From Armatimonadota bacterium (GTDB lineage Bacteria > Armatimonadota > DASRZA01), in NCBI GenBank assembly GCA_035686845.1, contig DASRZA010000447.1, positions 1-63,834 of the forward strand: a stretch of DNA of 63,834 nucleotides, written 5' to 3'. Numbering within the stretch: position 1 is the first letter of the stretch; the number at the start of each line of letters is the position of its first letter. Position numbers and translations under genes: made by a program. Of the stretch, positions 35,403 to 45,667 are shown one piece after another. The notes beneath the pieces were generated by a model. The model ran no database searches and had not been told where the DNA came from. It was given only the letters and a program-made list of their open reading frames with translations.

Positions 35403-36949
35403 AGACTCTCTCGCTGCGGCTCACGGAGCGGAATATGGCGGCGCGCCAGATCCAGTTCCCAGGGATTGTGGTAGTGGCTCGTGGCGTAGCGCCAGCGAGC
35501 TAATTCTCGGAGAAACGCCTTGCCCCAGCGCGGCGTGCGGTAATCTTGGATGGTCGGGAACCGGCACTCAATCACCCTGGCGAAATCCTTGATCCGCTGG
35601 CGGGACGCCGGAGTCAGCCAGGGGGCGTCGTCGTGGCATACGTACCGTACCCACTGCGGCTCTGCCCATTCCTCGGGTGTAGCCGGGAGATCAGGGCCCG
35701 ACGGTCCGTAGCTCGCCAGCACTGGTAACGATGAACCGCCCGGACACGGTTTGCGCTGCGGCGTGGGACTGTAAAAGTAGAGAATCACCTCACATTCCGG
35801 ATGAATCGCCTTGAGACGCCGGACGAATCGCAGCGTCTGGTCCATCTCGCCCTCGGGATCCTCGGGGCCGCCAAGAATGAATGAGAATTCCGGAATGACG
35901 CCGTATTCGCGGCACCGTCGCGCGGCCTCCAGCGTGTGCTCGACCCGCGTGCCTTTCTTCATGCGAGCTAACGCGCCGTCGCTCGCGGACTCCGCGCCTA
36001 TGTAGGCCATGCGCAGCCGGCTCTTGCGAATCAGATTCCAGGTGGCGGATGAGAACCGGGCCAGCGTGTCAGCCCGCGCGTAACACCACCAGGGCATCTG
36101 GAGAGAAGCGAGCGCTTCCAGCATCGGAATGCTGCTCTCTTCACGGTCAAAGAAGTTGTGATCGTAGAACTGGAGCGCATCGGCGCCGTAGCGATTCCGG
36201 AGCGTGCTGGCGGCCTGGAAGAGGCGATTGGGCGCGGGAAGAAGCGTCCGTCCATTAAACATCGACGCAACGCCGCAGAAACCGCAGCGATACCGGCAGC
36301 CGATTGCGGCCTGGTGGACCGCCGTCCGCCGTCCCAAGAAACTGGGCCGCAGATAGGGCTGCACGTCCCCCACCCTCTCGTAAGGTAGAGGCGGGAACAT
36401 GTCGGGTGAGTCCAAACAGCGATCCGGGTTGTGAATGATGCCGGACTGGTTTTTCCAGGTGAGTCCCGCGACCAGGTGGAGAGATTCTGGTTCTCGCGCT
36501 GAGGCCGGCGGGGCCGGTGGGCCGGCGACGGGCAGTCTCTCCAGCAGCTCCAGGAGCGGCGCCTCCCCCTGCCCTCGCACAACGTAATCCACATAGGGCG
36601 CGTTGATCGCCGCCTCCGCGTAGAGTGTGGGGAAGTATCCGCCCCACGCGATTGGTATGTTCGGATGCTCCCTGCGAATGGCAGCGCTGATCTCGATTGC
36701 CGGCGCCACCTGGGGGCCGGGCATGACGGTGACGCCAACCAGGAGGTGAGGCTCGGCCGCCAGCGTTTGCAAGGCGGTCCCGACCGGGTCGGAATCCATG
36801 TTCCCATCGATGATCTGGTAGGGGAAGCGTCCTTCCAGGACCGCGCCAAGCGCTAGCAGCGACAAAGGCAGCCTGACGCTTCGTCGCGAGCACGCCCGCG
36901 GGTTAATGAGAAGAACGGGCCGGATGTCGTTTACTGTGCGCTGACTCAT
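35399..36949 (-). CDS. B12-binding-domain radical SAM enzyme no. 4
   Basis: The start is set at ATG 36949 (MSQRTVNDIRPVLLINP), giving an ATGA overlap. Rossmann-like N-terminal domain (LLALGAVL...IPIAWGGYFPT) followed by the CRYRCGFC cluster motif. Confidence 0.8.
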   Translation of the reverse strand: MSQRTVNDIRPVLLINPRACSRRSVRLPLSLLALGAVLEGRFPYQIIDGNMDSDPVGTALQTLAAEPHLLVGVTVMPGPQVAPAIEISAAIRREHPNIPIAWGGYFPTLYAEAAINAPYVDYVVRGQGEAPLLELLERLPVAGPPAPPASAREPESLHLVAGLTWKNQSGIIHNPDRCLDSPDMFPPLPYERVGDVQPYLRPSFLGRRTAVHQAAIGCRYRCGFCGVASMFNGRTLLPAPNRLFQAASTLRNRYGADALQFYDHNFFDREESSIPMLEALASLQMPWWCYARADTLARFSSATWNLIRKSRLRMAYIGAESASDGALARMKKGTRVEHTLEAARRCREYGVIPEFSFILGGPEDPEGEMDQTLRFVRRLKAIHPECEVILYFYSPTPQRKPCPGGSSLPVLASYGPSGPDLPATPEEWAEPQWVRYVCHDDAPWLTPASRQRIKDFARVIECRFPTIQDYRTPRWGKAFLRELARWRYATSHYHNPWELDLARRHIPLREPQRESL

Positions 36950-38442
36950 GCGAACGCTCCCTTCCGAAGCGTGATTGAGGTGAGCGCCAGCGCCGCCCCG
37001 GGGGAGAGCACCATCCGGAAATCGCTGCCATTCTGACTGTTCGCCAGGCGCGGGTTGGTAAGGCAAAACGACGCTGTATGGTTCACGCCATCTCCTGTTA
37101 GCTGAACGGGGGCGGTCGTTCCGTAGGGATCGTCCCAGGAGTCGTACTCCACGCGCAGACTGCCGGCGCCGCGATCTTCGTACGTCACGTCCAGCAGAAG
37201 CGGCTCGCATGAGTGTCGATTCCAGTAGAAGTCATCACTCACGGCGAACGGCATTCCGGCCTGCTTCGTACCCGCGCAGAGAAGAGCGCGGGCGCCGCTT
37301 TCGGCTGCGATCAGCCGGACGGCAGGTTTGTCCGGGCGGTGAATGAGATGCAGCCCACCGAACGGGGCGCCGGGTTCAAAACTGAGCTGCTTCACCGCGG
37401 CGAACCGGTCGTGACTCTGATAGCTGACATGCCGGGACCAGTGGCGAAAAACCTGGCGAACGTCTTCCCGGTAGGCTGCGGGCACGCTTTCCGCCGTCGA
37501 TTCTTGAAGCCAGGTATGAATGAGCTCCGGGAATGTGTCCAGCGGGATGCGGGACGCCGAGGATCGCAGCGATTCGACCCCGGTGAAATAATTCCAACCG
37601 GCCTCGCCACCCGCCTCACATTCGGCTGCGTTCAGAAGAAGCGCGAGGGCAGGCAGTTCGTAACGCGGCCGGTGGGGCATTGAAGGGAGGTCATACCAGC
37701 CGATCGCAGGTCGTACGTCGAGACGTCGCTCGGGAATATCAGTGCGCCAGTGGAGCAGCAGGTCATTCCGCGCAAGACTATTGAGCGCATGTTTGTCGGG
37801 TTCATGATCGGCGACAATAACACTGGTGTGCTCGTCCCAGAGCTCGATTATACTCCCGGGTCGGGACAGGTAGTCCAGGTCCCTCCGCATCTCACGCATC
37901 GGTTGGTCCCACAGGTCCACGCCCGTCGCGGGAGCATCCATGAACTTGCCCCATCGCGGCAGCAGCCAATCGAAACACGCGCGGGTTAAATCGTATTCCT
38001 CCACTCTCTCGCCACGGAATTCATCGCCTCGGAGACGCTGATGGAGGCCTTCGATGATGAAGTTGAGCTTCGCGGTGGTGTCGTCGATATAGATGAAGAA
38101 ATCGCCGCAGCGCGACAAACGCTCCAGCAGCTCCCGCTGCTCCAACGCTTGCTCGGGATGGAGAAATGCCCAGACCGGGAGGAGCGCGTCGGCGTCGAGA
38201 TGATGCGTCGTTATGGTGTGGTTCTTAATCTGTTCCCAGGCGACGTGGGATTCTCCGGCCCGAACGTCTGCGAGGAACTTCAGCACGCTCGCTGTGCTGG
38301 TATCGGCAGCGTACCGCGGGTGATTGTTATGGGGCGAATGGTGACTGAAGAACAAACCCCATAAGCCCGGGTACAGGATCATATCGACAGCGATGATGTC
38401 ATGCCGTCCCAGAATGCCGGGATGAAAGGCTTCGAATTTCAT
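36946..38442 (-). CDS. Hypothetical protein (498 aa) with no recognisable motif
   Basis: Balanced composition. It is ATGA-coupled at both ends to a methyltransferase and a radical SAM gene. Confidence 0.6.
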   Translation of the reverse strand: MKFEAFHPGILGRHDIIAVDMILYPGLWGLFFSHHSPHNNHPRYAADTSTASVLKFLADVRAGESHVAWEQIKNHTITTHHLDADALLPVWAFLHPEQALEQRELLERLSRCGDFFIYIDDTTAKLNFIIEGLHQRLRGDEFRGERVEEYDLTRACFDWLLPRWGKFMDAPATGVDLWDQPMREMRRDLDYLSRPGSIIELWDEHTSVIVADHEPDKHALNSLARNDLLLHWRTDIPERRLDVRPAIGWYDLPSMPHRPRYELPALALLLNAAECEAGGEAGWNYFTGVESLRSSASRIPLDTFPELIHTWLQESTAESVPAAYREDVRQVFRHWSRHVSYQSHDRFAAVKQLSFEPGAPFGGLHLIHRPDKPAVRLIAAESGARALLCAGTKQAGMPFAVSDDFYWNRHSCEPLLLDVTYEDRGAGSLRVEYDSWDDPYGTTAPVQLTGDGVNHTASFCLTNPRLANSQNGSDFRMVLSPGAALALTSITLRKGAFA

Positions 38443-39125
38443 CTTGCGTCCGCCGTTTGGATTTCCAACACCAGAGCCACGGGAGTTTCGAGCGCGGATC
38501 GATCAAATCGCGCGCCCGGTGGAATATCGTAGGGGTTTAGCCGCGGCTCCAGTTTCCGAATAATCCTCAGATTCAGTTTCGTACAGGCGATTCGCCAACC
38601 GTCGAGTGTGTGGAAATGATGGCGGACGGCGTACGTTTGGCCATCGGACCGAAAAGTGCGCTGCCAACCGAGTTTCTCGCCTACCGGGTGAAGATCGCTG
38701 CAGATGATCTTTCCGCCCGGGCAAGCCACGCGGGAGAGCTCGGCGAGCGCGCGCGGGAGCGACGGCACATGTCCGATAGCCAGGGCGCAGATGACGAGAT
38801 CAGCCCATCCTGTGCCGACGGGCAGCGCTTCCAGGCTGCCGAGCGCCAGCAAGCCGGGCGCCCATTCACCGCTCGCACGTTCCAGCATCTCTAGCGAACG
38901 GTCCACACCCAGCAATCGCCGGGCGCCCCGACGCGCGGCTTGCAGCATGTAGCGCCCGGCGCCACACCCGGCGTCCAACACCGAGTAAGCGGATAGATCG
39001 GAAGGCATCAGACTGAGCATGGCGCGCTCCTCCGCGAGCATCAGTGGGTTGTGGGCGTACGGCGGATAATTGTCGGCCCAGAGACGGTACGCTTCGACAG
39101 GATCCAGGATTGGAATTTCAGCCAT
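38439..39125 (-). CDS. Class I SAM-dependent methyltransferase
   Basis: VLDAGCGAGRYMLQAARRGARRLLGVDRSLEML (motif I). The start is set at ATG 39125, preceded by GGAG, and overlaps the upstream stop by 8 nt. Confidence 0.75.
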   Translation of the reverse strand: MAEIPILDPVEAYRLWADNYPPYAHNPLMLAEERAMLSLMPSDLSAYSVLDAGCGAGRYMLQAARRGARRLLGVDRSLEMLERASGEWAPGLLALGSLEALPVGTGWADLVICALAIGHVPSLPRALAELSRVACPGGKIICSDLHPVGEKLGWQRTFRSDGQTYAVRHHFHTLDGWRIACTKLNLRIIRKLEPRLNPYDIPPGARFDRSALETPVALVLEIQTADAR

Positions 39126-40317
39126 GGGAATTCTCCGGTTCCAGGCCAGGTTCCAGGCCCGCCGCGCCCCGCCGCCCGAGGGCGGACGCAGCGATGAGTT
39201 TCGGGATTCCGTCCAATCGCACGCGCGCTGTCTCGACGTGGCAGGCCGCGAACCATGGCTCGAAATCGGGATCGGCAATTACCGGTACTCCGTCCTTCAC
39301 CACCGCCCGGATCTCACTCCGTGTTAGCGTTAACAGCTCGTCGCCCGGATCCCGCCCCGTATCGCGGAGAATCATAAGATCAGCGTGCATACCTGGCGCC
39401 ATCCCACCCACCTCCGGCATTCGGAGCAATCTGGCGCCCGCGCTTGTGACAAGCTCGAATAGCTGGGGCGGGCTCAGATCACTTAACGCGGCTGCTGTCT
39501 TCAACTCTTCCAGCAGGTCACTTGAACCGGTCAATCGAGAATCAGTCCCCAGCGCCAGCCTTCCGGCGCCCTGCAAACGTCTCGGCGCCAGCGTTCTACC
39601 AAACAATCTCTGGTTGCTGTGGGGACACCAGACCACGCCGGCGCCCCGCCGAATGACTCGATTCAGGTCAGCGTTCGTCAGGCACACCCCGTGAATGAGC
39701 ACGGTGTTGGGTCCCAGACAGCCGATATCGTCCAGTTCGTCGATCTCGATAGCCGCCACGTCATCGATTCCCTCCGCGAGATGAATAAACCACGGCATCG
39801 CCGGAGGTGTCGCCCTGCAGCTTTCCATAACGGGCGGGCCGTACTGCAGCGAGGATCGACTTTTGTCCTTCGTTCCAAGCCCTAGTGAGTGGCTCCAGCC
39901 ATAATCTCGAAGCACGCGTACGGGGAAATCCGGAGCGGCGAGCACCGGATGGAGTGGATCGTGGTGCGCTACTGTGGTCACTCCGGATAAGACATTCTTC
40001 AGACCTCCGTGCCAGAGACGGACGTCGACTGGAACAGCGAGCGCCGCCATAACCTCTGGCTGCTTGAAAAAGGGCTGAAATGCGTCCATCCAGGCATAAC
40101 TGTTTGGGAAGGGCGAACGATGACGAAGACGAGGAATGCTGTTGAGATGCAGATGATCATGCGAGTTAATAAGCGCCGGCGAGACAAGATGCCCGCGCAG
40201 ATCCAGCCTCAACTCCGCCGACTCCGAATCCACGATCCGACCTTCCGCGAAATACAGTGAGCGCTTGACACTCCTGCCCCCATCCACCACCCGAATTCCA
40301 TCCAACGCCACAACCAT
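39118..40317 (-). CDS. Amidohydrolase-superfamily metallohydrolase
   Basis: LINSHDHLHLN (HxH metal motif), later LIHGVCL and DSRLTGS. The start is set at ATG 40317, preceded by GGGGAG. The ORF-track start at 40434 would overlap the upstream gene. Confidence 0.65.
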   Translation of the reverse strand: MVVALDGIRVVDGGRSVKRSLYFAEGRIVDSESAELRLDLRGHLVSPALINSHDHLHLNSIPRLRHRSPFPNSYAWMDAFQPFFKQPEVMAALAVPVDVRLWHGGLKNVLSGVTTVAHHDPLHPVLAAPDFPVRVLRDYGWSHSLGLGTKDKSRSSLQYGPPVMESCRATPPAMPWFIHLAEGIDDVAAIEIDELDDIGCLGPNTVLIHGVCLTNADLNRVIRRGAGVVWCPHSNQRLFGRTLAPRRLQGAGRLALGTDSRLTGSSDLLEELKTAAALSDLSPPQLFELVTSAGARLLRMPEVGGMAPGMHADLMILRDTGRDPGDELLTLTRSEIRAVVKDGVPVIADPDFEPWFAACHVETARVRLDGIPKLIAASALGRRGAAGLEPGLEPENSHG

Positions 40318-40372
40318 ACCACCCGCTCCCCTATACGCTCGAACGCTGATATTCTCGGGCGTCCTTCGTCCG

Positions 40373-41836
40373 TTACGACAACTTCTGCGGCGTGCGAATC
40401 CACTCGCTAACCACCTTCTCCAGAGGAAAACCATACCGATTGTGCGCGCAGCGCCATCGCGCCATTTTCTGAATTGGGACGCTCCAGGGTTTCACTCGAT
40501 CCCAGGCGATCTGCTGATAGAACTTAAATCGCTCAACGCGTTGGTACTTCTCCGGCGACACCCACGGTCCGGCTGATCCCACAAAATCAAAGTCCGCCCA
40601 TTCCTCCAATGAATCGGGTAAACGGTAACCTTTCCGAACCGCGTCTTCGGTAATAGATGAGCCGGGATACGGTTTGAAGTAAAAAAACGGTGTGGTGAAG
40701 CGAGGGCTTAAAGAGCGGAGCCGTTTCGCCACTTCGAAGGACGCCTGAACACTCACCTCTGATTCATCGGGAAAGCCAACAATGAAGGGGAAGATCGCGC
40801 CGACGTCATGCCTGCGGCATTTGTCGGCGCTCGCAAAGACCTGCGCCAACTTAATATCCTTCCGGATACGGTCGATCATTTCCTGAGAACCCGACTCAAC
40901 GCCGATGAGTACGCGCCTCAACCCCGACTGTCGGCATTTAGCCATTACCGCTTCGGGCAGACGATCTCCCTGGTCGGCCCGCATCGTGGCGGCCCAGGTG
41001 ATGGGCAGCCGGCGCCGCAGAAACTCCTCGGCAACCGCGTCGACCCGCTCCACGCGAGTGAAGAAGGTCTCATCCTGAAAGTTCAGGTCATCGAACCGGT
41101 AGGCGCGCCATAACGCCCGGATTTCTTCACCCATCCGTTCCGGATCCAGCCCCGTCCATTTTCTGCCGTACACAAACGGATCGGCGCAGAAAGCGCAGCG
41201 AAAGTGGCAGCCTTGTGAAGAGATATAATCGATCTGCCGCTTCCCCTTCAGGCGAAAATACTCTTCCACCGGAAGCAGGCCATAGTTGTGCGCACGAAAA
41301 TGACTGACACCATTCATGGCACGGGGAGCGTTGAGGCGCACTTCCCCGGAATCTGAGCGGTAGGCGCATCCCTCGCAGCCCTCCATTGACTGCCCCTCGT
41401 CGATTCTCCGAACGATTTCTGCGAATGTCTCCTCGCCCTGGGCCTGCACGGTAATGTCCACGCTCGTCTCTGCCAGGCACTCACAACCGAAGAGGGAGGG
41501 ATGCCAGCCGCCCCAGATAATCGGTAAATCGGGGCGCGCCGCTCGGGCCGATCGGGAGATTTTAATAGCGTCACGGATGGGATTTCCCGTCAGAACGCTC
41601 ACTCCCAGGCAGAGAGCATCCGTTAGATGTTCGCGCAGCGCGGCCTCGGGATCGGGTTTCAGCCGGCCATCCACAATCACGACTTCGTATTGGGCTGGAT
41701 CCAGATGCGATCCCACCGCGAGCAGACCCAGCGGCATCGTGAAGAAGACGGCGCGCGGATTGTAAAGCACGACTTTGCGGCGTGTCGACGCCCGCCGTGG
41801 TCGCCCGATCTGTATGAGACTGTTCCGCGCTGTCAT
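40373..41836 (-). CDS. B12-binding-domain radical SAM enzyme no. 3
   Basis: KVVLYNPRAVFFTMPLGLLAVGSHL...IIWGGWHPS, followed by the CHFRCAFC motif. Confidence 0.8.
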   Translation of the reverse strand: MTARNSLIQIGRPRRASTRRKVVLYNPRAVFFTMPLGLLAVGSHLDPAQYEVVIVDGRLKPDPEAALREHLTDALCLGVSVLTGNPIRDAIKISRSARAARPDLPIIWGGWHPSLFGCECLAETSVDITVQAQGEETFAEIVRRIDEGQSMEGCEGCAYRSDSGEVRLNAPRAMNGVSHFRAHNYGLLPVEEYFRLKGKRQIDYISSQGCHFRCAFCADPFVYGRKWTGLDPERMGEEIRALWRAYRFDDLNFQDETFFTRVERVDAVAEEFLRRRLPITWAATMRADQGDRLPEAVMAKCRQSGLRRVLIGVESGSQEMIDRIRKDIKLAQVFASADKCRRHDVGAIFPFIVGFPDESEVSVQASFEVAKRLRSLSPRFTTPFFYFKPYPGSSITEDAVRKGYRLPDSLEEWADFDFVGSAGPWVSPEKYQRVERFKFYQQIAWDRVKPWSVPIQKMARWRCAHNRYGFPLEKVVSEWIRTPQKLS

Positions 41837-41838
41837 CT

Positions 41839-42732
41839 TTACCGCTTCTCCAGCTCGATCAGATAATGATCACAGAAGTGCGAGAGCGGCGGATACGCCT
41901 CCAGTCGGCGCTCCCAGGCGTTCAGCCGCTCCGTCAGATTCGGTCGCGCTGCAGCCCAGGACTCGGCGAAGGGAGGAGGCGTCAGCGCACCGATTCCTGC
42001 GGTTCGCAGCAGTTGGAATTGCGGCGTAAACGCTCTTGCGACCGCCCGCGCTGAAGGATAACGAACCGTGATCCCGCGCCATTGAACGCCACCGAATCGC
42101 AGCCGGCGAAACGCCTTACGGGGCTGACCACGGCGCAAAAGCCAGAGCCATTCCCAGGGGCAGAGCGGCGCCATGATGCACAGCAGCGCCACTGCGCCCG
42201 GACGCAGCCGCTGAGCCAGAGCCTGCGCCGTCTTTCTCAGGTCGGCAACACAGTTCAAGCTCCCAAAATTGAACAGCGCGCCGTCGAATGGATGGATGAG
42301 TTCCGGGAGCGGGGAAGAGGCCAAATCTTCAATCGCCAGTTGGCGCAGAGAAACAAGGCTGGCGAAGCCGGCCCGAACTACCTTCTCCTGCGTCGTCCGT
42401 ATCATGCTGGCTGAGATGTCGGCCGCCACGACCTGAACGCCCCGCCCGGCCAGGTAAAGCGCGTCTGCTCCCGTTCCGCAGCCCATATCCAGAACACGAT
42501 CGCCCGCTCGAAAACGGACGTCGAGGCGCTGCCAGACCGCGGCGCGGAAGAGTGAACCAATCAGCGTGTTCGTAAAGAGCCGATCATAATCTCGCGCCAG
42601 CGGATCGAACACGGCGCCGTTCGACGTCGGGGGAGGCAAGGTCGTCTCCGGAAAGTGGCGTATCGAAGAGACGTCCGACGACTGAGCCAAAGATGGTAGT
42701 TCCGGATTTCGCCGGCACTCAAACCTTCTCAT
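41839..42732 (-). CDS. Class I SAM-dependent methyltransferase
   Basis: VLDMGCGTGADALYLAGRGVQVVAADIS. ATGA overlap with the upstream gene. Confidence 0.75.
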   Translation of the reverse strand: MRRFECRRNPELPSLAQSSDVSSIRHFPETTLPPPTSNGAVFDPLARDYDRLFTNTLIGSLFRAAVWQRLDVRFRAGDRVLDMGCGTGADALYLAGRGVQVVAADISASMIRTTQEKVVRAGFASLVSLRQLAIEDLASSPLPELIHPFDGALFNFGSLNCVADLRKTAQALAQRLRPGAVALLCIMAPLCPWEWLWLLRRGQPRKAFRRLRFGGVQWRGITVRYPSARAVARAFTPQFQLLRTAGIGALTPPPFAESWAAARPNLTERLNAWERRLEAYPPLSHFCDHYLIELEKR

Positions 42733-44120
42733 CCTTCTACCTCCCCGGCAGCGGCCAGCAGCGAGAGACGAGCGTTAGCGGCTTCAATTCTAATTCGGCT
42801 GGCTTCCGCGAGGTCCGTATCCTCCAGGCGATACGCCGCCACTTCACTGCGCAGCCAGCGGTCGGCATGACGGTAATAGTCGCGGGAATGGCGTCCGGCA
42901 ATGATAAAATCCCGATCCGTCGACTCCTCCCAGGAGCGCGTGGGCCGCACACGGTCCGACACGTCTTGAAAATACGGAGTGTTCTTGATCGGATACGCCA
43001 CCGTCGTGAAGAAAACGTCCGGGTTCGCCCGCTTCACGTGATCTATGGTCGCCTCAATGTCGTCCAGAGTCTCGCCCTCGTAGCCCCACATCAGGAACAT
43101 CCCAACTTCGATCCCGTGGCGCTGCGCCGCGTGTGTTGCCCACTGCACCTGTTCGGCGGTTACGCCGCGCTGCATCGAATCGAGCACTCGCTGGCTGCCG
43201 CTCTCAGATCCGATCCAGATCCGGTAGCATCCGAGACCCGCCAACGCCTCGAGCACCCCTTCCTTCAACATGCGATCCGCACGGGAGATTGTCTCAAACG
43301 GGAGTTTGATATTCCGACGTTTGAGCTCCGCGGCGTAGTTGTAGAGCCATGGATGGCTGATCGTGAAAACGTCATCCGAGTACCACACCTGATCGGGCTT
43401 ATAAGTATCACGGATGAACTCCAGCTCGTCGGCGCAGTCCAAAAAACTGCGCCGACGATGGCTGTACCCAAAAACCGCATGGGAGCACCAGCGGCATTTG
43501 TAGGGGCAGCCTCGGGCCGTAATGAGATTCACGCTGCCGCGGCCGTGATGCCCCCGCCAGATGTCCACGTAGGCGGGGATGTCCACCGCCGCGCGATCCG
43601 GCCATGGAAGGCTGTCAATATCCGAGATTTGGGCGCGCGGCGGGTTGTCGACAACCCTCCCGAATTCATCGCGGAACCAGACGCCGCTGAGACCTTGCAG
43701 CCGGTTTGGACCCCGATCTCGGAGCGCGGGGAGCAGCTCAGCAATCGTTTCTTCACCCTCTCCGATCACCACCACGTCAGCGCCATGATCCAGGTATTCG
43801 GTGGGATAGTTGGCGCTCTCCGGGCCGCCCAGAACGACTACCCAGCCATGCTTCTTTGCTTCTGCAATGATCGCGAGCACGCTGCCGCGCGTGATGAGAT
43901 TGGTATAAACGCCGAGCACTCCTCCAGGTTCAGCCGCCAAACGCGCATATAGCTTTGAGCGAGCGCCGAGCGTCGTATCGTAAATCTCGGGCTGGAATCC
44001 GGCGCGTTTCAGGTACGACGAAAGATACATCAGCCCCAGCGGAGGGTAAGGCTTCATTATCTTCTGCTCTTTTTCGTCTTCGCACAGAAAATAGCCATGT
44101 GTCAAGAGTACGTCTACCAT
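42729..44120 (-). CDS. B12-binding-domain radical SAM enzyme no. 2
   Basis: MVDVLLTHGYFLCEDEKEQKIMKPYPPLGLMYLSSYL..., the CPYKCRWC motif, and GGGAGGG upstream of the ATG. Confidence 0.8.
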   Translation of the reverse strand: MVDVLLTHGYFLCEDEKEQKIMKPYPPLGLMYLSSYLKRAGFQPEIYDTTLGARSKLYARLAAEPGGVLGVYTNLITRGSVLAIIAEAKKHGWVVVLGGPESANYPTEYLDHGADVVVIGEGEETIAELLPALRDRGPNRLQGLSGVWFRDEFGRVVDNPPRAQISDIDSLPWPDRAAVDIPAYVDIWRGHHGRGSVNLITARGCPYKCRWCSHAVFGYSHRRRSFLDCADELEFIRDTYKPDQVWYSDDVFTISHPWLYNYAAELKRRNIKLPFETISRADRMLKEGVLEALAGLGCYRIWIGSESGSQRVLDSMQRGVTAEQVQWATHAAQRHGIEVGMFLMWGYEGETLDDIEATIDHVKRANPDVFFTTVAYPIKNTPYFQDVSDRVRPTRSWEESTDRDFIIAGRHSRDYYRHADRWLRSEVAAYRLEDTDLAEASRIRIEAANARLSLLAAAGEVEG

Positions 44121-44167
44121 CTGCCCTCCCGGTTCCCACCCACGCCCACTCTTACAAACCCGGGCGC

Positions 44168-45667
44168 TTACTCTCGTTTACTTAGATCGGGGCGCGCAAG
44201 CACACCATTTCGTTTGGGTATCCGAGTTGGCGCGGCGCTGCGATGCTCTGCTTCCAACCGACCCAGCTCCAACCACGCGTGGTTGAGCCGATCCAGGTCA
44301 ACCAGCAGTTCTGACGAGATCTGGCCGGAGACCATCCGCTGACGCAGTTTGAGATCCAGGTGCAGCAGGTCGTGGAGACTGCGGTAGAACGGTGTGGTAT
44401 ACGTTCCCTGGAACATCATTGCGAGATCGCCACTGTCGCTCCAGTTCGTTTTGGGGCCAAGCTGCTCTGCCACCATTTCGTGAAAGCGCGTGCCAGGCAA
44501 TGGATAGCTGACGCTGACCCCGATATCGTCTGGCAGCGTGTCGCGAATCATCCGAACCGTCGCGAGGATATCTTCAAACGTCTCACCCGGGTACCCGAAC
44601 TGGATGAAAAAGCAGGCCCGCACGCCAGCGCCCTTTAGGTACGCGCGAGCCGCGGCGATCTCATCCACGGTGATGCCTTTATCCATCGCGTCCAGCGTCT
44701 TCTGGCTGCCGCTCTCCGCGCCCATCCAGACTTCCACGCATCCGGCTCGAGCGAGATCCCGGGCGACCTCGAGGGTTATGAGATCGGCGCGGGATTGAAT
44801 GGTGAACGGAACTGCGGCGTCTAGCGCAGTCACCTCCCGCTCGAACTCCTTCACCCATTCCGACCGCAGTCCGAAGATATCATCGGCAAACCAGAAGTGA
44901 TCCGGCCGAAGAGTCCTCTTCAAGAGAGCCATCTCGCCCGCTACGTTCGCAGGCGACCGGATGGCGTAGCGCTGACCCCAGATCGGCTTCGCGCACCAAT
45001 TGCAGTGGAACGGGCAGCCTCGGGTGGTCACCAGATTCAGGCCAAAGTAACCATGCGCGATCTTCCAGCGTTCACGGTATCGCTCCACGTCGAGCAGATC
45101 CCAGGCCGGATAGGGGAAGCAATCGAGAGATCGCTCCGGTGTTCGCTCCGGGCCCCGTCGGACTATTCCAGGGAGGTCGGGGTCGGGCACGGCCACCCCC
45201 GCAATACTCAAGATTGGTCCCGGATGCCGACCGAACAGAGCGTCCATCAGCTCAACAAGACTGTTCTCCCCTTCGCCAACCAGCGCGAATTGAACACCAT
45301 GCCGGAAATACAGGTCCGGGTGATCGCCCACGTCCGGCCCAGCGGCTATCACTGATGCGCCGGACCGGCGAGCGATCTCCGCCATCCGCTGCGCCGCGTC
45401 CCGCATCCGACCCAGGCACATCTTGGTCAGAAAATTGAAGTTGTCTTCATAAACCGCCACGAAACGCGGCGAATGTTGACGAAGCGCGGCCTCAAACTCA
45501 TGCTCCCCATCCGAAAGCATGGCGTCGAACAGCGCCACCGAATAGCCGCGATCTCGCAGCAGCGCAGCCGCATAGAGCGTCGCGAGCGGCGGATACGGCT
45601 TCATTTTTGCTGTTTGCTTCGCATCATATTTTAGAAAATATGAATGGGCGAGAAGTATATCGACCAT
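44168..45667 (-). CDS. B12-binding-domain radical SAM enzyme no. 1, first gene of the operon
   Basis: The start is set at ATG 45667 (MVDILLAHSYFLKYDAKQTAKMKPYPPLATLYAAALL) by alignment with its paralogue. CPFHCNWC motif. Confidence 0.8.
   Translation of the reverse strand: MVDILLAHSYFLKYDAKQTAKMKPYPPLATLYAAALLRDRGYSVALFDAMLSDGEHEFEAALRQHSPRFVAVYEDNFNFLTKMCLGRMRDAAQRMAEIARRSGASVIAAGPDVGDHPDLYFRHGVQFALVGEGENSLVELMDALFGRHPGPILSIAGVAVPDPDLPGIVRRGPERTPERSLDCFPYPAWDLLDVERYRERWKIAHGYFGLNLVTTRGCPFHCNWCAKPIWGQRYAIRSPANVAGEMALLKRTLRPDHFWFADDIFGLRSEWVKEFEREVTALDAAVPFTIQSRADLITLEVARDLARAGCVEVWMGAESGSQKTLDAMDKGITVDEIAAARAYLKGAGVRACFFIQFGYPGETFEDILATVRMIRDTLPDDIGVSVSYPLPGTRFHEMVAEQLGPKTNWSDSGDLAMMFQGTYTTPFYRSLHDLLHLDLKLRQRMVSGQISSELLVDLDRLNHAWLELGRLEAEHRSAAPTRIPKRNGVLARPDLSKRE

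Noticed and set aside
42693-43952. 419-aa plus-strand ORF. Many similar long ORFs exist, including 534..1145, 8966..9727, 13508..14161, 13882..14604, 22929..23888, 24294..25100, 36031..36849, 36255..36893, 48773..49873, 50816..51529, 53298..53939, 54172..54819, 55242..56003, 56309..56953, 58901..59545, 59310..59990 and 62748..63341.
   Set aside because: Each lies antisense to, or out of frame with, an ORF that carries clear family motifs. Their translations are R/A/G/P/S-rich, as expected for non-coding frames in GC-rich DNA.
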